A stretch of 40,146 nucleotides of DNA, from contig CAZFWK010000001.1 in NCBI GenBank assembly GCA_964522555.1, forward strand, positions 10,114-50,259. Direction: 5' to 3'. The position numbers were made by a program, and so were the translations under genes. The stretch is from an uncultured Peptoniphilaceae bacterium (GTDB lineage: Bacteria; Bacillota; Clostridia; Tissierellales; Peptoniphilaceae). The notes beneath the pieces were generated by a model. That model saw nothing but the letters and a program-made list of their open reading frames with translations. It had not been told where the DNA came from and did not search any database. Below, one piece after another: positions 10,451-16,977 of the stretch (positions are counted from its first letter, which is position 1; the number at the start of each line of letters is the position of its first letter).

Positions 10451-10959
10451 CGCTCATCCTCCTCGTGAACAGCCTTTCTAAGTTTTTCCAGTGCCCTTTC
10501 CATCCGTTTTCGTACCGTCGGTTCCGCTACTCCCATCATTTGTGCAATCTCTCGGTATGAATATCCGTCCAAAATTTTAAGGCGCACTAATTCAGCAGAT
10601 TTCTCATCAATTAGAGATAAATAGTACTCCGCACTTTCTGCACCATGCCATTCCGAGTAGTCATCCACGGCTTGTTCCTTTCGGAAAATATATAGCTCTT
10701 GTTCTTTGCTATTCTTTCTCCGATAATTTATGGCGATGCGCTGCGTGATTCGCCCGATATAGGCGCGGAGTGCAAATTCATTGTCGAGACGAATGTTAGA
10801 GTATTGTTCCCACAAAACAATCACTGTATCGTGAAGGATGTCCTGCACATTGCCTTCATCTCTCACAACGCGAAAGGCAATCGCACTCATATAAGTATGA
10901 TATTTATGATAAAGAAACTCGATCATGTCGGTTCTGGATTTCTTATCGAAGTCGGTCAC
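10447..10959 (-). CDS. ECF-type (sigma-70 family, group 4) RNA polymerase sigma factor
   Basis: 170 aa with a GTG start (an alternative ATG lies 11 codons in). Region 2-like VQDILHDTVIVLWEQY and a region 4 HTH (LDGYSYREIAQMMGVAEPTVRKRMERALEKLRK) are present. Confidence 0.85.
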   Translation of the reverse strand: MTDFDKKSRTDMIEFLYHKYHTYMSAIAFRVVRDEGNVQDILHDTVIVLWEQYSNIRLDNEFALRAYIGRITQRIAINYRRKNSKEQELYIFRKEQAVDDYSEWHGAESAEYYLSLIDEKSAELVRLKILDGYSYREIAQMMGVAEPTVRKRMERALEKLRKAVHEEDER

Positions 10960-11072
10960 AAGTCTATTGCTCCTTTCCGATCGAAATACTCCTCTTATCT
11001 ATACTTCGTTTCTGCCCACCGATTTGTGACAGTTTCGGACGAAAAAACGAATATTTTTTAAGTCTATTTGTT

Positions 11073-11107
11073 AAAAAAGGCAGAAGCTCCATACCGAGTC
11101 TTCTGCC
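11073..11107 (-). terminator. rho-independent terminator after the ABC module
   Basis: Minus strand: GGCAGAAG-ACTCGGTATGGAG-CTTCTGCC followed by TTTTTT. Confidence 0.7.
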
Positions 11108-11293
11108 TAATTCATGGGCTGTCTTTCCTGCTCTAATTTCTTACACTTCCGGATTACTTACCTACCGAGACAGTGATTGATACATCAGCAGAATCGCAAT
11201 CAAATCATCTTCATAATGGGGATAATTTCCTCTATTCTACCCTTCTCTTTCCACACCTCTGAACAATTTACCCGACGAGTTCCACTGTACTTA

Positions 11294-11938
11294 CTACTGT
11301 TTTACCCTCCCACGCTTCAGAGAAATCACGAAAATCAGGATCATAAAGACTCCCCACAAAATGCTGGTGAATGCGTGGTGGATGGATACTTGATCATAAA
11401 ATTCGTAGAGCCCATCCCTGTATGGATTCCACGGTAGCGTTTGAAAGAGGCGACCGAAACCGTGAACGAGCAAAAAAAGAATGGATGCAAACAATGTCCA
11501 GGTAATTTCTTTGGTCACATACATCGCAAAAAACCCCAGCCATCCGTACAGCCAGCAAAATAAAAAATAGCGAGCTACAAAGCCGATTCCTGCCGGACTA
11601 AAGGGTGCAAAGAAGACAAACGCCACTGCAAAACCGGTGATAGCGAAAAGAAGGATTAAGCCAATCGTTCTTGCAATCCACCAAATGGGTTTCGGGTGCC
11701 AATGGAAGTGAAGCTCTCCTCCTTGGGATGAGACCGCCTCTCGCAAAAAGAGTACAGGCCATACGCCTGCGAAGACCGGCATCACGTTACTCACGTACGA
11801 TAAGAGGGGCATAACTGGATACTCGGACCGGATGATAAAAAGCTGCAGCCATAACCAAAAAGGCGCAAAAAGGATCCCATAGAGGGGGATCCACTTCCAT
11901 TTGCCAAAAGTCTCAAAACAGAGTTTAATCTCACGCAT
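11294..11938 (-). CDS. hypothetical polytopic membrane protein (possible ABC-2-type permease partner)
   Basis: 214 aa with about 6 hydrophobic, Trp/Phe-rich segments. Its start overlaps the ABC ATPase stop by 8 nt. Confidence 0.55.
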   Translation of the reverse strand: MREIKLCFETFGKWKWIPLYGILFAPFWLWLQLFIIRSEYPVMPLLSYVSNVMPVFAGVWPVLFLREAVSSQGGELHFHWHPKPIWWIARTIGLILLFAITGFAVAFVFFAPFSPAGIGFVARYFLFCWLYGWLGFFAMYVTKEITWTLFASILFLLVHGFGRLFQTLPWNPYRDGLYEFYDQVSIHHAFTSILWGVFMILIFVISLKRGRVKQ

Positions 11939-12741
11939 TTTTGATCAGCGCCAGGTAAATGTCTTCAAGATTCGGTTCTACAAGAGATACCCCTTCAGGA
12001 AGCGGGTTGCCATAGATTCTGCAGATGAGTCCATTTTCTTCCGTTCGTACCTGCAAAACTTGTGCTTTTTCTTCCCATCTTGGAAGTGCTTCCGGTGCAA
12101 TTAGAATCTCTCCTATACAAGAATTCATTTGGCTTCGGAGTGCTTCTTTCGTTTCGTGAACCAATACCTTTCCCTGATGGAGGACCGCGATGGTTTTTCC
12201 AATATGGGCTACATCTTCGACGATATGGGTGGACAGGATGATACACCGATCCTGTCCCAATTCACCGATAAGGTTTCGAAGTTGCACCCGTTCTTTCGGG
12301 TCGAGTCCGACTGTCGGTTCATCCAGAAGGAGTGTTTTTGTATCTCCAACGAGCGCCTGGGCAATTCCCAGGCGACGAAGCATTCCACCGGAAAGATGCC
12401 TGACTCTTTTTCTTCTTTCATCGGTCAGATTGACCTGCGTAAGAACTGTCTCAATTTCTTCCTGGCGCGCTCCTTTAAGTAAGGTCACGTATTCGACAGC
12501 TTCTTCCACTGTCAATTCTTCCATCATCCGAAAGTGTTGCGGAAGATAGCCGGTAGCCTTTTGGCCACCCGCAATTTTCAGTTTTCCGGTCGCGGGGATG
12601 AGTCCCAAAACACAACGAAACAGGGTCGTCTTTCCCGCTCCGTTGGGTCCGAGCAGCCCATGTACTCCTTTTCCAAATTCCAGTGTGACCTGATCCAGTA
12701 CCTTTTTTCGATTTCGTCTCAGTGTTCAGTTTTATGTTCAT
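11931..12741 (-). CDS. ABC transporter ATP-binding protein (DrrA/ABC-2-type), reading frame broken near the N-terminus
   Basis: The frame that is open from 12725 to 11931 encodes KKVLDQVTLEFGKGVHGLLGPNGAGKTT (Walker A), LSGGMLRRLGIAQAL (signature) and LLLDEPTVGLD (Walker B). That frame has no ATG/GTG/TTG before the Walker A motif. A typical ATPase start, ATG-MNIKLN, is at 12741 but in a different frame. The listed ORF 11931..12608 starts after Walker A. Confidence 0.75.
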
Positions 12742-13635
12742 TTCTTCCCACTGAAACCGGGGTGACTCGTAGGGGATTTCTTCCCGGTCGTAATAAAATT
12801 CGTTATCTTTCTTCACCGGGGTGAGAACGAGATCTCCTTGACCCACCGTATATGAAATGGGACGCTGCATGGTTGTAATTCCCGTAGAGACGAGGACAAC
12901 ACCGAGTGCAGATAGCAATATGGCTTTTTTCTTCTGACTCTTAACAAATCCGCATATGGGAATCAGGCTGACCGCCAACCAAAAGAGTCGTTTGGACCAC
13001 TGGCCCATCGATAAATCAAATCCTTGCAGTGCATTAAACATCTTGTGCGCGCCAGGCAATCCAAAGTCGGGTGCTAAGGGCAGATCAACCGACAAGAGCT
13101 GGCCAACCGCAACAATCCAAGGTGCTCCTAAAGAGCCCAGAAAGAAACCGATCACGGCAGCCAGGAGATAGCCTTGTACGAGCGGCACTTTTCTGCCAAG
13201 AGCCCATCCAATATTTCCCCCGATGCACATGGGCAAGAAGTAGTATAAGAGTAGGGCGATAAGTGATTGACCTAAAATATGGACCGGATGATCGCTCCAA
13301 AAGTAGGCAAGTGTGGTCATCCCCATCATACAGAGCACGCAAAAAAGGAAAGCCAGATCTAAGGCAAAGGTCTGTGTCCAGATACGAGCTTCTTCTTTTT
13401 TGCAAAGACGAATCCATTCCTCCGCACCCGAAACCTTTTGGGAAGCTCCGAACCGATACCCCGAGAATACCGCCCAAAAGATTGCCAGCTGGTGTAAAAA
13501 TGTATACGCGTGAAAGACTGTGATACTCTCCAACCAAAGACCCAGTCCGGTGCTCAAAATGATGAGAATCACAAAAACGCGATTGATGATATCATTTCGA
13601 ATTCGCTTAAATTCCAGCTGTAATAGGGTGAACAT
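12475..13635 (-). CDS. polytopic membrane protein (ABC-2 permease-like); the ORF as it stands reads through into the ATPase gene out of frame
   Basis: An AAGGAGG RBS precedes the ATG at 13635. MFTLLQLEFKRIRNDIINRVFVILIIL... has multiple TM segments up to about 12830. After ...RFQWEE the same frame contains the ATPase-like start MNIKLN (12741) and then a low-complexity Arg/Gly-rich tail. That tail is the ATPase gene read in the wrong frame. Confidence 0.6.
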   Translation of the reverse strand: MFTLLQLEFKRIRNDIINRVFVILIILSTGLGLWLESITVFHAYTFLHQLAIFWAVFSGYRFGASQKVSGAEEWIRLCKKEEARIWTQTFALDLAFLFCVLCMMGMTTLAYFWSDHPVHILGQSLIALLLYYFLPMCIGGNIGWALGRKVPLVQGYLLAAVIGFFLGSLGAPWIVAVGQLLSVDLPLAPDFGLPGAHKMFNALQGFDLSMGQWSKRLFWLAVSLIPICGFVKSQKKKAILLSALGVVLVSTGITTMQRPISYTVGQGDLVLTPVKKDNEFYYDREEIPYESPRFQWEEMNIKLNTETKSKKGTGSGHTGIWKRSTWAARTQRSGKDDPVSLCFGTHPRDRKTENCGWPKGYRLSSATLSDDGRIDSGRSCRIRDLT

Positions 13636-13704
13636 AAATCCTCCTTGGGAAATGTCTATATTAGCAACGCTTACTTGCTTCCATTTTTACAGTGCGAACG
13701 AGTC

Positions 13705-14346
13705 TTAATCCCATAAAGTTCCTCGTCCACTGCATCCCTTCGTTTCAATATTCACCGGATCTAACTCCAAAAGATGAGACCCATAGACAAATGCAGGAAT
13801 TTTATATCTTGTGGAACGATTGTCACCCGGAACAACACGTAAGGCGTCCACTTCTATATCCAATGTAGTCAATTTTCGACGATGAATTAAAATTCCAAAC
13901 AACGCTCTAACAGAACTCGCGTCGTTATTTGATAAAAAAGCGAGGAATATCACAGTGAGCCGTCTCTCTCCGCACATTTGCATAGCTAGTGTTACCGTTG
14001 ACGTGCAAACTAATTGAATATTCTCTTGATCAAACGAACTGCACTCGCGTACGATCGCCATTGAACCCATAATAATCAGAACCACAGTCACTGTCTTGAG
14101 ATAATAACCCATCTTTGTCTTACAGTGATTATTGTCTAATGGGCTTACAAATGAATACAGCCCTGTAATAAGAACTAACATTTCTTTTACCAGATCCATT
14201 TTACCTGCTATTAACAGTACAGGTGCAATAAGTGCGAGCCTAAGTAAAGTTGCCTTGTATCCATAAACAGCAATTCGAAATTCTCTTTCATCAATCACAT
14301 GACCTATTTGAAAAGGTATGTACCTGTTAATAATCGGATTTTTCAT
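13705..14346 (-). CDS. AgrB-like membrane protein (putative autoinducer-peptide processing enzyme), divergent
   Basis: The listed ORF is 13705..14379; I prefer the ATG at 14346 (MKNPIINRY...). A gapless by-eye alignment with S. aureus AgrB (from memory) puts EFRIAVYGYK on QFLQVRLGMQ. It also puts the His of ...PLDNNHCKT exactly on AgrB His77 (same 45-residue spacing from the conserved Gly). About 4-5 TM segments. Confidence 0.45.
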   Translation of the reverse strand: MKNPIINRYIPFQIGHVIDEREFRIAVYGYKATLLRLALIAPVLLIAGKMDLVKEMLVLITGLYSFVSPLDNNHCKTKMGYYLKTVTVVLIIMGSMAIVRECSSFDQENIQLVCTSTVTLAMQMCGERRLTVIFLAFLSNNDASSVRALFGILIHRRKLTTLDIEVDALRVVPGDNRSTRYKIPAFVYGSHLLELDPVNIETKGCSGRGTLWD

Positions 14347-14473
14347 TTTCCAACATCTGTCGAATATGGAGTCTCTCATCGTCTTTAAACCAGATCAAAA
14401 AGCTACCGCTATGAACTTCTAACGAGGCAAGTAAGATCCCTAAACTTAGGAATGCTCTTGCAATAGTTTTCAT
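14327..14473 (-). CDS. 48-aa AgrD-like autoinducing-peptide precursor candidate (not in the ORF track)
   Basis: AAGGAGG (14487..14481), a 7-nt spacer, then the ATG at 14473. Product: MKTIARAFLSLGILLASLEVHSGSFLIWFKDDERLHIRQMLENEKSDY. It has an amphipathic N-terminal leader, a hydrophobic core SFLIWF and an acidic/charged C-terminal tail. It overlaps the AgrB-like gene start by 20 nt. Confidence 0.45.
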   Translation of the reverse strand: MKTIARAFLSLGILLASLEVHSGSFLIWFKDDERLHIRQMLENEKSDY

Positions 14474-14492
14474 CTACACACCTCCTTGTATG

Positions 14493-14544
14493 ATCATATG
14501 GTACCATGAGATAAGCAACAAGAGACAATTCATGTCTAAACGGT
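14493..14544 (-). promoter_or_regulatory. sigma-70-type promoter for the peptide/AgrB-like/ABC unit, with one LytTR-consensus-like 9-mer upstream
   Basis: Minus strand: TTGTTG (14521..14516), a 17-nt spacer, then TATGAT (14498..14493). ACCGTTTAG (14544..14536) fits the published LytTR site pattern [TA][AC][CA]GTTN[AG][TG]. I found no convincing second repeat. Confidence 0.4.
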
Positions 14545-14589
14545 GGTTATTTTTGATTTATCTATATTGAGTAAATTTCATCGTTATAT

Positions 14590-15813
14590 TTATGGTATTT
14601 TAACGGTAGTACGATAGGTGTTGCCCCCAATCTGAATCGATAGATTCCCGTCATGTTTTTCAACGATTCGCTTCACGCTTTTCAGCCCGATCCCCCTGTT
14701 GGGATCTTTGCTACTATTTATTAACTTATCTTCGACCCACCTATTTTCGATTTGGATTGTGACCATCTGTGGAGTTTGTTTCATCTTGATTACCAGTATT
14801 CTCTCTTCAATGGACACTTGAAGTAACGCGTTCATCGCATTGTCCAAAAGATTTCCGATCAAAACAGCTGTATCCGTTGCATCCATTGGGATTGTTTTCG
14901 CGACACGCATATCGATCTGCAAATTTTCCGGGTAGAACATCGATGGATCAATTTTTTTATTCATCAATAGATTGACTCGTTCATTTTCACTGTAGTTATG
15001 AAACTTATGATTATCTACACCTTCTAATAGTTCTTGGATTTTTTCTGTTCGTTCTGATTCTTGGATTGCTAAGAGCCCCAATAACATATTGCTTATATCA
15101 TGTTTATACCTTCGAATTTCGCTTTCATAATGCGCGAATTGTTTATAGTATTGCTCCTGCGCTTCCAATCTTAAAGCCAACTCAAAGGTGCGCTTTTCGC
15201 TCGTATATTGTCTTGTCGAAAACTCAAAAGCAATAAACACCAAGACCGAAAGCAGCAAAAGCATCATCTCTTGAAAGAACCATCGCAAAGTTGGTAGTTC
15301 AGGTGCGTTTACATCGGGAGAAAATAAAAACACATAGCTGGTTATGAGTGCCCATACTAATCCCATAACGAACTGCAATCGATTCGGGATGATTTCTTCT
15401 GACCTTTTATGTTTGACTATGATGATTTGGATAATAACAATACGTAACAACGAGGAGGTGAAGCCGTGAAAATAATAATTCGATAGCATGTCCTGCCCAA
15501 GTAAGTTAAAGATCTGAAAGAGAACAAGCTCAAATGCCATCGAAAGACCGATTAAAGCAATGATATACTGAACTCGCTTTTTCCAATGTCCTTCAAATAG
15601 AAAACTAATCCCCAATAACAAAAGTGTCATTGCAATACTGTTTGCTATAGGATTTCGCCATACATTTATATAAATGAGTCCAAAATATAGACATACCGTG
15701 ATAAATGCAACTCGAATGAAAGGAAATCGAGTCTCTCCTAAATACATGGTAAAGTACCGAAAGATAATGTAAAACTCTGCTAAGTTGTTCACGCTGTGAA
15801 ATAGAAGTTCCAA
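14590..15813 (-). CDS. AgrC/ComD-like (HPK10, GHKL) sensor histidine kinase
   Basis: 407 aa with a TTG start after GGAGGAG. The N-terminal half has about 6 TM helices. H-box RRYKHDISNML, N-box IGNLLDNAMNAL and G-box NRGIGLKSVKRIVEKHDG are present. Confidence 0.85.
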   Translation of the reverse strand: MELLFHSVNNLAEFYIIFRYFTMYLGETRFPFIRVAFITVCLYFGLIYINVWRNPIANSIAMTLLLLGISFLFEGHWKKRVQYIIALIGLSMAFELVLFQIFNLLGQDMLSNYYFHGFTSSLLRIVIIQIIIVKHKRSEEIIPNRLQFVMGLVWALITSYVFLFSPDVNAPELPTLRWFFQEMMLLLLSVLVFIAFEFSTRQYTSEKRTFELALRLEAQEQYYKQFAHYESEIRRYKHDISNMLLGLLAIQESERTEKIQELLEGVDNHKFHNYSENERVNLLMNKKIDPSMFYPENLQIDMRVAKTIPMDATDTAVLIGNLLDNAMNALLQVSIEERILVIKMKQTPQMVTIQIENRWVEDKLINSSKDPNRGIGLKSVKRIVEKHDGNLSIQIGGNTYRTTVKIP

Positions 15814-15826
15814 TAAATCTCCTCCT

Positions 15827-16546
15827 CTAGTAATATGCAGTGAATGCCTTTCTTAGATGCTTGACCCCTTCTTCGCTAGCTTCTAGGTCACGACCGTCCC
15901 TGAGTCGTACAATAATCTTGAAAGTGGGGTCTATTTGGGGGACAATTCTAGATACATGAGACACTTGAACATATGTGCTTCGATTAATTTTGATAAATAG
16001 ATTCGCATCTCCGATTCTATTGACGATACTTTTAAGGCTTTCTGTAGATTCGAATAAATCTCCATCCAGCGTATGAAGTACACTTTTTCTCGATTCTCTT
16101 TCAATCGATACGATTTCGTCAATTAAGAGAACTATTTTTTGATGGTTTTCGATTATTTCTAAAGACCGTCTTGGACCTGATTTCTTTTTGAGTACCTCGC
16201 GTAAAACCGATTCGAGCTCCTCTCTATCAATGGGCTTAAGAAGATAGTCCAGAGGGTGCGCTTTGTAGCCTTCCAATGCAAATTCTCGATGCGAGGTAAC
16301 AAAAACAATTTCGCTTTGATGGTTCGTCTCTCGGATTCCCTTCGCAATAGTAATGCCATCCTCTCCGGGCATTTCGATATCCAGAAGATACAGGTCATAT
16401 TCGCTAACCGTTCTTTTTCGATCTAGCACATTAGCATTACTAAAATCATGAATCATTAGCGATTCAATTGGGAGGATTTCTTTTATAAGACATCGTATTT
16501 GGGTGCGGAAGACTTCTTCGTCATCCAGAATTGCAATGCGTAGCAT
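15827..16546 (-). CDS. LytTR-family response regulator (AgrA-like)
   Basis: The listed ORF extends to 16669, but the ATG at 16546 follows AGGGGGAA and gives the canonical receiver start MLRIAILDDEE...LLDIEMPGEDG...LLKP. The C-terminal LytTR domain reads IVLLIDEIVSIERESRKSVLHT...FIKINRSTYVQVSHV. Confidence 0.9.
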   Translation of the reverse strand: MLRIAILDDEEVFRTQIRCLIKEILPIESLMIHDFSNANVLDRKRTVSEYDLYLLDIEMPGEDGITIAKGIRETNHQSEIVFVTSHREFALEGYKAHPLDYLLKPIDREELESVLREVLKKKSGPRRSLEIIENHQKIVLLIDEIVSIERESRKSVLHTLDGDLFESTESLKSIVNRIGDANLFIKINRSTYVQVSHVSRIVPQIDPTFKIIVRLRDGRDLEASEEGVKHLRKAFTAYY

Positions 16547-16734
16547 GATATTCCCCCTAGATAATTTTTGATCCGAAAACACTACTGCTAGTATATCACA
16601 GTAACCCGATAAGAATTTCCCGCTAGAATTCCAATTCTTCCTATAACTATTTAATTCACATATTTCCATAAAAAGAAGCCGTACTTTTTCCGTGTTAATT
16701 CTTGGAAAGAGTTCGGCTTCATTCGAAATATTTA

Positions 16735-16977
16735 CTATCCTCCGCCCAGTGAGCGAAGGATTAGGATATGATCCCCCTCCTCAAGCGTATCGCCTGGCGA
16801 TAGGGGTTGTGATTGTCGTAGTACTGTATACAAGTTTGCCTTGTCGTCCCATAGGGTGCCCTTTTCGAAGAGTTGGGACAGCAATTCTTGGACGGTCGCA
16901 TGGTCGGCGAGCGTTTCTTCCGATTGTCGGTTTTTCGCACTTGCCATAATACCCAGGCATTTTACGGAGACTTTCAT
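16735..16977 (-). CDS. MoaD/ThiS-family ubiquitin-like sulfur-carrier protein
   Basis: 80 aa ending ...ILILRSLGGG (C-terminal Gly-Gly). Its start overlaps the AOR stop (ATGA). Confidence 0.7.
   Translation of the reverse strand: MKVSVKCLGIMASAKNRQSEETLADHATVQELLSQLFEKGTLWDDKANLYTVLRQSQPLSPGDTLEEGDHILILRSLGGG

Noticed and set aside
12703-12708. Programmed +1 frameshift or transcriptional slippage on the A6 tract in the ABC ATPase gene.
   Set aside because: A6 is short for efficient slippage, and I see no stimulatory element. An indel, real or artefactual, is the simpler explanation, though the sequence alone cannot decide.
16547-16669. 41-codon N-terminal extension of the response-regulator ORF.
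   Set aside because: The receiver domain starts canonically at MLRIAILDDEE, with an RBS directly upstream. The extension has no RBS and covers the promoter region.
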